Shown here: piece after piece, positions 26,401-39,559 of the stretch
Layout: every line of letters begins with the position of its first letter
How positions within the stretch are numbered: position 1 is the stretch's first letter
Source of the DNA: Camelus dromedarius
Taxonomy: Eukaryota
NCBI RefSeq assembly: GCF_036321535.1
Contig: NC_087436.1
Location: forward strand, 69,628,001 to 69,692,000
Length of the DNA: 64,000 nt
Reading direction: 5' to 3'
Notes under the pieces: generated by a model
The model's database searches: none
The model's input: only the letters and a program-made list of their open reading frames with translations
What the model was told of the DNA's origin: nothing
Made by a program: the position numbers and the translations under genes

Positions 26401-29400
26401 GTCCTTGGGAACAAAAATTATATCCACATGCAAATATAAACATCCGTGACTTAGGGGAAAGAAAACTCAATATTTCAAAGCATAGCTGTTTTAAAAATCT
26501 AATGTAATTTTAGTTCCACACTTAAACTGGTTGTTATATTTTAATGTTTCCAAGTTATTCCAAGCATAAAAAGGGCCCCAAGTGTATGTGAGAATGAATG
26601 CTCAGCCTGGGGTTCTGGGAAGCCCAGCCCAGTAGGGCTCTTCCTTCCAGGTTCATTTTTATCACAAAAATTCATACACATTTTACATTCTAGTCAATCA
26701 TGTATCTGTGTTTGTTTTAATAAAAAATTGTTTTGAAGTTATCAGGGAAGTTACTATACTTCCCCCTCCAACATATTTTAAATGAAATTGACAGACCAAG
26801 AAAGTACATAGTATTGGCCCTTTATATACCACTTGTTTTAATTCTGAACAAGGAGTTAGCACCCCGGTATGAAAGTGTGGGGCTAGTTTCCTTCCACTTT
26901 TAAAATCACAGGATCAGTAACACTGATTTTCTTTTTTTTTTAAGCGAAAGGAATCTGGAAGCAGTTCAAGTGAGGTAAATCATTTTGATGTCAATTCATT
27001 ATCCCAATCAGAAAATGTTTATGAAAGCTTATTGTACCATGAAGTTTACATATCCTACAAGGTCTGATTGCACAAGGCACTTTGTATACAGCACTGTCCT
27101 CATTTTGACACACATGGATATCAACCCAACAGATGTATGAAAACAAATATTTGTCAGAGACAAAATTACAGAATTGTTTCTGGACAAGCAATCCTTTCTG
27201 ACTATCTGTGCTGCCCAAACATTTTTTTTTCCTAATTTTTTTGCCCTTCCCAGATTTTGATAGAACTAAATCTTGTCATTAAAAATTACAGTAATGGCTA
27301 TGTTTCTAAACCAATGATATCAACATGTTTTATCCTGTGTAGAAATCAACCAATTCAAGGCTAATCAGACACTGGAATCCTTTGCTCCTTGTTAACCTAA
27401 AGGAGAAAAAGAGCAGGCATAGGAGGTCATGAGGTCCTTCCTTTAACTTTGGGAGAAGACTTTCATTCAAGTTACAAAATAAAACCAACTCAGTTATGTG
27501 GAGTTTCTGGGAATTCAGTAAAAGTGAATATTTCACATCCACCTTCAACATTCTGAATAACTTCCTTGGTTAAAGCAGTGAGAAGGGAAAAGGAAACCTT
27601 GAGTATAACATGCACCTCAAATTATTCATCTTGCCTCAGTTACCCAGGAATTTGTGGCTAAAGTCAGTTTATTACAGTTAGTTAGCAATATAGTCTCTGG
27701 TTAATTAGTATTCTTACCTGAAATGTAAATTAATAAATCAAAAAACTAACATGGCATGTTTTAATGTTTTTAAGGAAGTTGTTTCCAGTACCACTGAGGT
27801 GAGATATATTTACCAAATTTAAAATATATTAGCATTATCCAGGATATGTTTAAAATTTAATTAAACAATTTTTTTTTTTTTTTTAGCAGAAGGACATTCT
27901 CAAGGAAGATATGCCCTCCCAACGCTATCTGGTAAAATTTTATTAAAAGTTTATCAAAGGCAAAGGTAACAAGGAATGAGAAGAACGTTGCACTGATAAA
28001 TTACTGTTCCTTAACACTTGCTAAACATTAATTCATAGTAAGTAATCTAACAGACTCTAGATGTTTACTGATCCCCTCTGAAAACAAAACTGACAACTTT
28101 TTTTAAATCTCAGGTATTTAATTCATGCTTTCATTTAAATATTGTGTTTTATAGTCTACTTTTAGATCCGAATAGCACGGTATTTAAAGGGTACTCTGTA
28201 AGTCTGACTAGACTTGAGTTTGACTCTAAGCTCTACCTTTTAGCAGCACGTGGTGTTAGATAGTTTACTTATTTGCTGTAAGCCTATAACTTAAATTATA
28301 AAATGACAATATAATAATAAATATTAAATGATGTAAAGCAATTAATGCAATCCATAGCACAAAGTAAGCTAAATGTGGCTAGTATCAGAAACATGATCAC
28401 TTTTTGCCCACTTCATCTAATATTCTGATTTCAATTGGCCAAAGTTAAATCCTCGGTCAGAAAGCACAAGTCATCTTCAATTTTCTTAGCCATTCTGACA
28501 TGAAACACCATAAGTAAAATTGCCTGAATATCATTAATATCTGACTTCACTGTAATTTATTTTAAGTTAACAGTAAGTTGAGAAAGTGTTTTTTTTAATT
28601 TTTAAAAAATAATTAGATTAGTCCAAACTATTTGTGGTAGAAATAACATCAAAGTGAGATTAATAGCCCCTCATTCTCTACTCCTGAGAAAAGGCACGTT
28701 AGGATTCTAGCTTTATTACTTGAAAATGCTGGGATTGGACTGAATGGTATCCAAGCAACCGACAATATTTTTGTTTTCGAATAGGAAGAGCTTCACAGAC
28801 TGAACAAATACAAACTACTCCAGCTGGTAATATTTTCATTATAATAATACAAAATTGTATTCTGCAGAATTAAAGTAGTTAAATTTTAAATGGGGTTTCT
28901 TTTAAATATGTTTTTTCAAGAAATAATTTATTCTAGCCTTGATCATGAATAATAATTGGCGAATGCTCCATATGCTTCTCTATGCACTTATTGTCACAGC
29001 TATTTCTTTCTATTTATGCTGAGACTAATGTGCTGTATCACATCCATAATTACTATCCAGAGGGAAGTTTACTTTAACTAAATTCTACATCAAATCCTCT
29101 TAGAGCCTCCCAGATGATATATTATATTCAGGAATTTATCCTGTCCTGTCTTTATTTTCCCAAATTCACTACTGGATGGCGAGTCCATAAAAAAGCTTGC
29201 TCATGAAAGCACAGATATGCCAAATAAACTTTCCATTTAAGGAAACTGTAGAGTCTGGAAAAAGAATCAGGAGTCCTAGACATTCAAATTGCTTTTGTCA
29301 AAATTCTCTAAGAAAGAATCAGAGAGTTGATTAATCTTATCCCGGAACTTGTGTCCTTATGTATGAAATGGAAATATAGTTATTCTCACATCCTGGTGTT

Positions 29401-31562
29401 ATTTTGAATATTGAATGAGCAATCTTCTACTCAGTTATCCCTTCATCTGGTATGTAGCGAGTCCAATAAAATGTTCATTCCTCCTTCTCCTAACCCCACT
29501 CCCCAGTCTCTGTAAATTTTGCTGTGCCCATGAGACTTCTGACAACATTATGAAGGTCTTTCATCAAGAAGTGCATTTGAACTATGATGTCATAAACTCT
29601 CTACCCACTGATGGTATGGACAGATCAAAAATGTATCAATTAGCACAACCCTTCTTTGCTACTTAGTTTTGATCCTTTTGACTGTAATAGTCTTTCAATT
29701 GGAAGGCCAAAACATTTTTTTCTTTTACTTATAGCAATTAAACTTGACTTAATTAAGACTTTAGGGAAAAGAGCTTGCCTTAGTTTAGCAAAATTATATT
29801 TTCACATTTTGTTCTATGTGTAGGAAGAGAGAAGTCAATGATGAATTTAATTTGGACCTCAATTGTTACTTTTGTCTCAGTTTCCAAGTTGCTGGTGTTT
29901 AAAGTCCAAGGAAATTTAAATATATCTGTACTCTACCAGAATTCATCATTTCTGATCTAAGAAACTACTTGAATAATCTATTTCAGTACCTTAGCTGTGA
30001 TGCGACCAAGCTGCAAACTCCACAAGTGTTAGAACTCTGTGGGTTTTGCTCAGAATGTCATCATATTTCGTAGTTGATCCCCAGGATTTAGCTTAGTCCT
30101 TGAGTGAATGAAAGCACCAAGTGAATGTTATTCAGACGTGAATAAAACCAGTATACTAAAACAAAATGTTCTCTCTTTCTTAGGAAGCTATCCGTGACCA
30201 GGTAAGATTATTCATTAAATCTAGAATATTTAGTACTTTCTTCATGTCTATGTCTTATGTTTTTATAATGTATATTCCGTTTTCTTTTTTTAACAGAAAC
30301 TTATTCCAAGAGTGAAGCTGTCCTCCCACCCATATCTGGTAATATTTTATTTAAAATTTACCAAAGATAAAATTTAAATAAGTGATTAATAGTCGTGAAC
30401 AGAAAATATGTAATCTTAGGGAAACAGCAGGTTATTATTTCCCCACAGGGTACTGACTTTATAAATATATAAAGTATAGCCTTTAGTTAAATAACTTTTC
30501 TAAAATTAGAAAATAAAAAGCATATTGCTATTTTTTCATAATTTTGGCATGGAATCCAGTTTATCCTAAATTCATGAATAATGGTATACTCTGGGTACAT
30601 TGTAAAATGAATGTGTGGTACCAGAAGATGTTTAAGTAATTTAAATGTATTTCCTTCTATACAGGAACAACTTTACAGAATAAATGAGGACAACCACCCC
30701 CAACTGGTAATATTTTGCTTAATAAATGGCATGTTGATAATATATTGTAAAGCTTAAATACATTTGTTTTTAAATAGCCTCACACTTTTGAAGAGATTTC
30801 TCTTGTCACTCTTCTTTGGAATGGGAGCCATTCTGTTCTGTCTCCCCTAATGTGAACAGCACGTTTATAGTTATAAGCACTATGAAGTGTTAATCTCCAT
30901 GGTTATGTTAATTTCTCTTTTTAACATTCTCCTTAATTTTATATCTTTATGTCCATCATTTAATTCTCAAGTTCAATTTAGGAAACTCAAACTTAGTTAC
31001 GTTATGCCTCTTAGGCAAAGCATATTGGAGATTTACTAGTTGACATGCTTGTGAAGAAACCAACTGAAGAGATGCTAAATGTCTTGGTCAAAAACTCTCT
31101 GATCCTCTGTTTTCTGGTCTGTGAAGTAAGTTTATCAATAATACATAATAGGAACTGATTCTTACACCCAACATTCCATTGATTCCATAGTGCTTCTAGG
31201 ACTTCCGATTTCATTTTTAAGGCAATAACCAGGTACTGTGAAATATATGCTACTATAACAATTCTGATTCCCATCAATAGGTACGGTAATTCCAATCATG
31301 GAGCCCTCCAATCTCTGCTTGCTGCTTAATGAATCTTGTCAGGATTGTTGAGGATGTTTCATATGTTTTAGAAGAAATGGTTTTTAAATAATGCAATTGG
31401 CAAAATTAATGTCAGTTCCCATATCTCTAACATGAAAAGCATTTCGGATAGGTTGCTTCTTCCATCTTTGATTTTATTCAGCCTTAAAGAGTGACTAACC
31501 CGATTCTCTCTCTCTCTCTTTTTTTTCCCCCAGGGGGAGCCTGTGAAAGTAGTGACTCAGGT

Positions 31563-31607
<45 letters not shown>

Positions 31608-34121
31608 GTTTTAATACTGCCCCAAATTATCTATTGGCAGTCATTGTTTTTTTGAAATGATTGTACTAGTTGCATCATGAACTAGTGTTGTGCTAGTATT
31701 TCTCAGGTGTTGACTAGTGTTGGATTCTCCAGTGCTAGTTCTAACATTGCTATGAAAGATCAGATCCAACTTGCCAAATTCCTTTGAAAGAATGATTCTA
31801 TGGCCATCCCTGAGTGAACTGAGCTTCTGGTCAAATTTTAAGTCAGGACATTCTCAACCAGCTTATTTATGTGTTAAAATTAGACCTTTTATTAATATAG
31901 TATTGTAGTGAAAATAACTTGAGTTTTCAGTCTGAGATCTAACACCTTCTAATCATATGACCTTGAGCAAATTGTGTTGTTCTCTTTGAAAACTGCTTTT
32001 TCATTTGTGAAATTAATATGGAACTATCAATTTATTTCCTCCTTAAACTCCTATATCCTGATTTTTGCAGTGTTCTTCTCTTGTGTCTTCACTTTTTAGC
32101 TGTAGTTAACTGTGCATTCAGCTCAGTTGCTTTGGTCTATTGATAATTCAACATATATATGGCATGCTAATTTTTTAAAAAAGTATGTAAAGAAAACCAT
32201 AGAATTTTCTTTATAATTATGTGATTAGGGAGAAAAAAAAAACCTTTCCTCAAGATTTAAAACATCGTAGTCATCAATCAGTTTTATGATAATGATTCCT
32301 CACTGTGCATCAGATTTTACTCTCAATTTCTTCTGAGATTCTCTAATTACTGCTTGACCAAAGGAAAAAGAAGAAAAAAAAAAAAAACAATTACTCTCTT
32401 CATTTGAGCTCCAAAGAGTACATTAGCAAGACTTTTCCATGTAATTAAAAAAAAAAGCAAGAATGATAATTATAATCTTAAAGAAAGTATTTGGTAGTAA
32501 TAATTTAGTCTATCATGGTATTTGATGGGATTTAAATTGAAACTATTTTTTCCTCTCTGTTAAGGAACAGGCATACTTCCATCTTGAGGTAAATTGACTT
32601 TATTATATTTAATTTTTTTATCTAAATGACTTAATAAAGAGAAAATCCCAAATACCATATTTATTATAATCTTTACATGAAATTCTTTCATTTTTTTCTA
32701 ATTCCATCAAAGAACACATAACTTCCACTTACCAGTATAGAGAATTACTTGAATTCATAGAAACAAGTAAAATATAATAGATTAATAGTGGCAGCTGTTC
32801 CAAAATTTCAGAAAGGAAAATAATGCTTTGTTAACAAAACTGTATGATTAGGAAGGAGCACTGGGCTAGGAATTGGTGAATTATTTTCTCCTTATTCCTG
32901 GCATTTCTGAAAGCCAGCTGTATTGACCCTTGGGTGGGAGGTCCTTCCTTCCCTTCCTTTGAGCTCAGTATCACCATGAAAAATTAAACTGTAGAATTAA
33001 ATGGCAAAAATTATCCTTTCTAGTACTAATACCCATGAGTTTATACATTATGTAATAATTAAATTCACACAACTACTTTCCTCTGTACTCAGGGGATTGA
33101 ACCCCTGTTAGTAATGCAGTATCTTGGAATTCAATACTGACTATTGACCTTAAAGAAATGATTTACTCTGATACCCTAAAAAAGCCCTTTCCAAAAGTTA
33201 CTTCACCATGATCCACCAAAGGGAAGAGTTTGATTTCTCCTTTTTCCTCAGAGTCAATAACTCTTGTGATGCCACTGGCCATGTTGGAAATGAATGAAGT
33301 GATTCATTTTCAGCAGTTCAAAACAGCAGTTTCTCATACATTGTTGCTTTTTCAATGGTCTTTCTCTCTAGCCTTTCCCACAATTCTTCCAGCTTGGTGC
33401 CTCTCCCTATGTTGCTTGGTATTATCCTCCACAAGTCATGCAATATATTGCTCACCCCTCATCCTACGACACCCCTGAAGGCATTGCCTCTGAGGACGGT
33501 GGAAAAACTGACGTTATGCCACAGTGGTGGTGGTAAGTTCATATAAATCACTGCATATTGATGTTCTATCAAAGGAAATAAAAGAAAATTGCTTACAGAG
33601 CATACCATAAAAACAGATTAGAATAAACACGACAAACCAACACTTAGTGCTTCATGCTAGAGTTTTCTGAAATGGAAAATTGGTAATAATTTCTGGTACC
33701 TATGGCTAATTCATTACTAGGAAACACATGGAAGTGCTATATATTCTATAGGTGAAATTCATTCTGATGATGGCAGGGGAGAGAAAAACACTTCTCTCCT
33801 AAGTGAAAATACAACAATTCAACTTTATCTGCCTTTCACTTTTACTAATCTTTAAATGTCTTTCTTTTGGTTCTACCCATGATACACATTAGACTAGAGC
33901 ATGAGGAATAAAGCACAGATTTTGGCATCCAATAGTCTTAAATTCAAATCTTGACCTTTTAAGTTTACTTGAAATAATATAATAATGTTTATTTTTGTAA
34001 CTTTGAAGGTGATTAAATATAATAATCTTTGTTAAGCACAGTGCTGGGAAAATAAATTTAGTAAAATTTTATTGCTCATTACCTACGTCACGTGATTTTA
34101 ACAATTTTTTTTTCCTTCAGA
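20415..34121 (+). CDS. CSN1S1: Alpha-S1-casein precursor (230 aa), spliced CDS across exons 2-20
   Basis: Coding exons (AG..GT): 20415-20465 MKLLILTCLVAVALARP; 22064-22096 KYPLRYPEVFQ; 22550-22570 NEPDSIE; 22970-23008 EVLNKRKILELAV; 23451-23474 VSPIQFRQ; 23917-23937 ENIDELK; 24582-24605 DTRNEPTE; 25256-25279 DHIMEDTE; 26945-26974 RKESGSSSSE; 27775-27798 EVVSSTTE; 27887-27931 QKDILKEDMPSQRYL; 28785-28826 EELHRLNKYKLLQL; 30184-30201 EAIRDQ; 30297-30338 KLIPRVKLSSHPYL; 30665-30706 EQLYRINEDNHPQL; 31534-31560 GEPVKVVTQ; 32565-32588 EQAYFHLE; 33372-33532 PFPQFFQLGASPYVAWYYPPQVMQYIAHPSSYDTPEGIASEDGGKTDVMPQWW+TG; stop completed by the A at 34121. All phase 0 except the split stop; SSSSEE phosphorylation cluster present. 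Confidence 0.98.
24025..24066 (+). pseudogene. Fossil (non-functional or cryptic) alpha-S1-casein exon in intron 7, QRELLRETQNDELK
   Basis: cag|CAGAGAGAACTTCTGAGAGAAACACAAAATGATGAACTCAAG|gcacca: 42-nt open phase-0 exon lacking a GT donor. Resembles the human QRNILREKQTDEIK and horse QRELLKEKQKDEHK segments, at the same position in the protein (sequences from memory). Confidence 0.75.
25489..26072 (-). mobile_element. ERV solo LTR in CSN1S1 intron 9
   Basis: GC-richer block in an AT-rich intron, bounded by TG (tgtcagag) and CA (ctctaaca) with LTR-like content. TSD not clearly resolved; boundaries and strand approximate. Confidence 0.6.
28190..28385 (+). mobile_element. MIR SINE (degraded)
   Basis: gacttgagtttgactctaagctctacc...gtttacttatttgctgtaagcc...tgtaaagcaattaatgcaatccatagcacaaagtaagc. 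Confidence 0.5.
31566..31603 (+). repeat. (TG)19 microsatellite immediately after the exon 17 donor
   Basis: Direct read: gtaac followed by (tg)19. Confidence 0.95.
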
Positions 34122-34164
34122 AGAGTTAAGTGAATTCTCAGGAACTCCACAATTATGGCCTTTG
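34121..34164 (+). other. CSN1S1: CSN1S1 exon 20 (last base of stop codon plus 3'UTR, 44 nt)
   Basis: ttcag|aagagttaag...gcctttg|gtaag. Confidence 0.9.
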
Positions 34165-34665
34165 GTAAGTTGGAAATCACTTGTCTAACCATTGATTCTC
34201 TTTTCATGTGAGGACTCAGTACAAAGATACATGACTGCAGACTACAAAGTTTTTTTTCCCCTATGGTCTAGCTATTTGTGGACACATTAGCACTTAGATA
34301 ATAATTAAATTGGCTTGGATATTTGCAAAATTTTGTAGCATAATCGTATTATATTTAAATAACGATTAAAATTAGCTAATGCTAATTAATGCAATTTATT
34401 ATACTGAAACTCCTATACAAATATGGAAGTGTGGATGTTACTAATTTTCCATCAAAATGTGACTTTGAGACTCTGGTGAACCCAGCAGTGAGATTCTGTT
34501 CGTTGTGGTCACTGCAATGGAAAGCCTCTGCAAGTTACGTAATAAAACAGAGTGTTTTTTTTTTTTTTCTCAGCAAGAAAACAGACTTAAATGTCTACAG
34601 ATTTGTTTTAGTTACCTTCATCCACTATATTGGATTTTCTAATTGTGTGTATATGTATGTGTGCA

Positions 34666-34670
<5 letters not shown>

Positions 34671-34704
<34 letters not shown>
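34671..34704 (+). repeat. (GT)17 microsatellite in CSN1S1 intron 20
   Basis: Direct read. Confidence 0.95.
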
Positions 34705-34708
<4 letters not shown>

Positions 34709-35028
34709 CCTTTCCAATGGTGAAAACTTCTTTTCCAACAGATCAAATTAAGGAAAATGACAAACTGATATATGTGGAAACTTTTTCTTTAAGTTGCCTT
34801 GCAGTATTTTACATTACTGCAAAACAAAATACTATCTAGTAATAAATTATAAGACTTAAAATTCAGGAGCAATGAATATGCCTGTCAGTAACAGGAAAGC
34901 ACAGATACCTTTGTGAGCTGCATCGTAAGATGAAGAGAAAATGACTATTCAAATGTATCATGTCATAACAGTGTCTCTTCCCTTCAAAATGGAATAAACT
35001 AACCACATATTTCTTTTTCTATTTGCAG

Positions 35029-35415
35029 ATGTGACTGAAATTCCATGCTCTAAATTTCTCCTCCACGCCTATCATGTAAAACCTTTCCATCCAAAGGCTT
35101 TGACTGTTGTCTTAGAATAGGACAATCCCAAATTGAAGGCAATCTTTCCTCTTGAGTTCTCTACTGTATATTAAATAGTATATCATTCTTTTCCTTAAGA
35201 AAAGTTGTCTTAACAGTTTATCCCAGTTGTATCATGCCAGTATGAAGGCCACCAAATAGAGGGTATTAAAGTCTTTATCAAATTTCTATATGGAAATCTT
35301 GCTTAAAAAGCCTTTGAATTGCTTCTCCTGTAACTGCCATCATTTCAAAAAATTGTGGGCAGTAACTGAGTTTTTTTTCTTTCTTCTTTTCAATAAATTA
35401 CATTTTAAGGCACAA
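35029..35415 (+). other. CSN1S1: CSN1S1 exon 21 (3'UTR) with poly(A) signal
   Basis: Acceptor tttgcag|atgtgactg; AATAAA at 35392-35397. End approximate. Confidence 0.85.
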
Positions 35416-38400
35416 TCCCTATTTTCTGTCATTATTCCATTCAGTGGAGTTTTCACAGCCCTGTTGAGTCTTTATATATATGTAACATTTTGTTTTCACT
35501 ACATTTTTATAACACTTTCAATCATACTTTAATGAAAAAATGTTTAAATGTTCACTTCAGGCTGCTGCTGGTAGATTGTAAACTGGGTCCAAGATCTTTC
35601 ATTTGAAGTCAACTGTTTATAGAATATTTTCCAAGAGAATAAAGGTGTGGGAACAGAGAGGAACAGCAGCGTGGCAATTATAAATGCACTGGGAATTTGA
35701 ACAACCTGGTTACACTGTTTACTTATACCCTTAGGATCTGTTTGGGTCCAATCCATTGAATTATACTTGAGTTTATAAATAGGTAGATTAGATAATATTC
35801 ATTGAAAGAGTTAACTCAGGACACATGGGAACATAGTATTCATGATGGTCTGTTCAGTGTCCTCCAGAACTCCAATGAGGAGTTATTTCTCTTAATGACA
35901 ATAGTTGCTTACTCTGATATCCTCAACACCCCAGGTGAAATTTACTTCTCAGGGTTGATTTCAGGCCTCCCAACCCACCCAACCTGTCATGACTCTAAGA
36001 ACCTTGTATCCACCAGGTCACAAAATACAGGTGACAAGGTCCATTGTGCCACAGCTTCAAGCATCTAGATAGCCATCAGCTGTTCTTTTCTTACTGATTA
36101 TATTAACACTCAAACGTATTTTTTTGCTTTGAAAAATTTTAAAAAGTGATTTAGCATTGGGTCTCCTGCCTTCTCTCAGTATTAAGAAGTACAAGGTAAA
36201 ACAACTTGTTATTCAATCTACAGAATGTTTGTTTACATACTCAACTTCTGGGCCTATAGGAAATTAATGCAAGGTGCAGATCCCTACGTCCTCATAAAAC
36301 GTGTCTCCCAGCTTCTGTCATCATGCCAGGTCCCAAAGAACCAACACAACACTACTTTGTGTGTTATGAATCCTACAGGAGTAAAGTTATCACCATCAAT
36401 TTAATGATTACATGATGAACGTAGCACAATGAGTCATTCAGACTAAACTGTGGTGCACGACCAGAGTAGACTTGTCCTTAGAACTGTCACATTAGACAGA
36501 AGCCTCTGTTTTTAAGATGAAAGCAAACTCTTTCTGGTATTTTCTCCCTTTTTCTTTAGTTTTTAAGTTAGAATGGAGAAAGATGTACATATTAGCTATA
36601 AAATAAGTATCAGGAATTTATCTCATATGTACCACATTTAAAATATCACCTGTAATAGATGTCACCACCTCAGTAGATTTGCAATAATCTATTGTTAGTC
36701 TCCAAGAAGATATTGCAAAGACCAAATGGGAAAATAAAATAATGATATAACTTACTAGCTTTTAGTCTTTAATAGTTGCTGTAGTTTCCCCAGAGAGGCA
36801 AAATTATTATTTTATTATAAAAGGAGACACAAAATGAGTTTCTTGTCAGTGTTTTTTGACCTCCTTCCTCCATACATCAGGGAGGTAATACGGAGATTAG
36901 ACCAGTTTCTAAGTGTATCCATTTAAACCATACTCTCTGAACTGAAGACTTCCAATAAATGGTTTAGACTATCACTAGGCTGGAAAGGGGGTGAACTCTT
37001 GAGGCAACACCAACTATTACTTGACTCAAAGAAATCTCTACATGAACAGCAGATTTTCTGGATATTCCCCATTCCAAGTAATGAGTGGTAAGAGAGAGCA
37101 TGGATCCCAGAATCTGTAAGATCAGATAGCTCCCTTTATCCAGGTAAGTGCTCAAAACTCATAGTCTGAAGGCAAGTACCAGGGTTGAGGGTTGGAAATA
37201 TGATGCTATAGCATGATCTTTCCTATAGGATTTTGACGTTCGCTTCAAGAGATGTAGACCAATAGACTGATTCTTATTCGTAAATTGCAGGTGGGGTGAC
37301 TCATCATTCTTTCTGTTGGTAGCTTGACCCAGAATTCTCCTCGGTAGACATATTCTCATCACCAAAACATTTTTTATTCATATATCAAAAATTATCTGGC
37401 TATTAAATTTTTCTATGGATATAATAATTAGCCTCACGCAGAGATCACCTTTGGTTTGACCATTTCTAATGCAATAATTACCCCCTTTCATTGTTTATCT
37501 CTGAAAGTTTTAACTATCACCTTGCTCCAGGAGTTTACCAATTAAGCCTTGGTTTGGTGACACTAGTCTCCTTCCATTTCCCCTGAGGTCAGAAAGGCAA
37601 TTTCAATTACTTTGCACCTCACTAGAATTCTCAGTCAACTGTAGTTAGGCAGAAAAGACTTTTATAATAGTTCACTCTTCATGGAAAAGTTTAAAGGAGA
37701 GTCATTTATGCTTTGTTATAGGTATAGGGAAGTGATGGGCCATTAGAACTAAACATATTTATAGATGTTTAACTGTTTCTGTTTTGATTATGGTTACCAA
37801 ACTGCCTTCTAGAGCTTGACAAATAACAGAAGTGAGTGAAAATAGATAGTTGTGAAAAACAATGATGCTGACAGTGAGTTGAAGAATGTGTGCATTCCTC
37901 TTCTGCTGTGCCTTCTAATCCATAGCTGCCAAGCAGGAACACACAGGTCAGGTGTGACCAAATATTAGGATTCACAGGAGAAACTAGATATGTGGATGGA
38001 CTTGTGTGTAAGAACTCCCGATTTTTTAACATGGTCTAGTTTCATGGGGTTTTTTAAAATACAAAATACACAGTCCCCTTCTCTTTGTCAGCCAGATCCA
38101 GCCTCTAAGATACTAGTCTATGTACTATGCTATGTGCTATGCATTAAGTCAAGAACTTTCTAGGTTTTTTATTCCTACTTCCAATCCTTATCAAGGTTGA
38201 CTCCTGGTTATAGTGAAACAAAAGTGAGAACTGGGACATTAAGGCAATGATTAGCTACAGTAAACAAAGAAATCATGATTTTTATCATGAAAAAGAGACA
38301 CAGTCAGACATTCAGGAGCAGCAGGGGTTCTCTAAATTTTCTGCATTTTCTGATATATTTCACTTTCAATAATTAAAATTCTACTATCCTAAATTTTGAA

Positions 38401-38427
38401 GACCTTGTAAAGGCATGTCATTTTAAT

Positions 38428-38783
38428 TGCTACAGATTAAATATTTGTGCCCATCCCCCAATTCAGATGCTGGAGCCCTAATCCCCAGTGTGATGACATG
38501 TGGAGGTGGGGTCTTTGGAGGCAGTTAGTTCATCAGAGAGGCCCCTGTATGAGTGGAAGGAATGCCTCGATAAGAAAATATAGAAGAGATGATCTTTCTC
38601 TCTGCCATGTGAGGGTACAGTAAAAGGCAGCTGTCTGCAAGCCAGGAAGAGAGACTTCACCAGACACAGGATTTGCTGGGAACTTGATCTTGGACCCCCA
38701 GCCTTCAGAACTTGAGAAAGAAATATTTGTAGTTTAAGCCATTTGTTCTGTAGTATTTTGTTATGGAAGCCTGAACTAAAGCA
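38428..38783 (+). mobile_element. MLT1 (MaLR) solo LTR
   Basis: tgctacagattaaat...ctaatccccagtgtgatg...gccatgtgagggtacag...cttgatcttggac...tttaagcca...ttttgttatggaagcctgaactaaagca. Confidence 0.8.
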
Positions 38784-39559
38784 TTTATTTTATAATTCAA
38801 AAACTCAATCTTGGATTTTTTTTTCCCCCAAAATATAAGCTTTATGGCCATAAGCAGTGAAAGATCCACCAGCATAGAACCATGACACCCAGAAATTTGA
38901 TTCTATTCTGTCAGGAATCCCATGGTTCCAAACCTAAGAAAGTTTGTTATTTCCTATAATTAAAAGTTTTCCTTACGTACATTTATTTCTCCACATGCTT
39001 CATTTCACATCTTGTTTTTGATACATGAATGTATGAGGGCAAAATATTGAATTGCTTATTTCAATACTTAAGGTGATTATTGTTTAATTACCTCTAGCTT
39101 CACAGAAGAACTGAGCCTCTGAATAATATACAGAAAAAGAAAGAAGAGACAAATTAGCTGCAAGTTCTCCTTCATCTCTGCTTCACATTTTAAAAATTTC
39201 ACCCCAGTGGGGCTAAAACTATGAGTTTCACAGTAGCATTAACCAACTATTCCACAGCTTCTAAGGAAGCCAGGTCATATGCCTTAGTAGGTAATTACGT
39301 TCAAGTCCAGAAGCAAAGAGGTAATTCTGCATTGGTAAGGCCCCAACCATAAGGAAAAGTAAGAAGGTAGGCAATATACTGAGTGCACACACAGGAATGA
39401 ATGATCACAGAGTACTCATCTTCCAGGCTAGGGGGAAGAATATCACTAGGACATGAGAGCATTTTCTCACATTCCTTCAGCTAACCAGTAGTCTAGCTTA
39501 TCTAACCAGAAATTAATAGTGCAGAGATTCTAATAAATTCTATGTGTAGGGTTGTGTAT

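Noticed and set aside
33230..33546. ORFs of 82 and 63 aa over CSN1S1 exon 19
   Set aside because: Alternative frames of the real exon (33372-33532).
34389..34839. ORFs with CVCVCV runs
   Set aside because: Translation of the (GT)n microsatellite.
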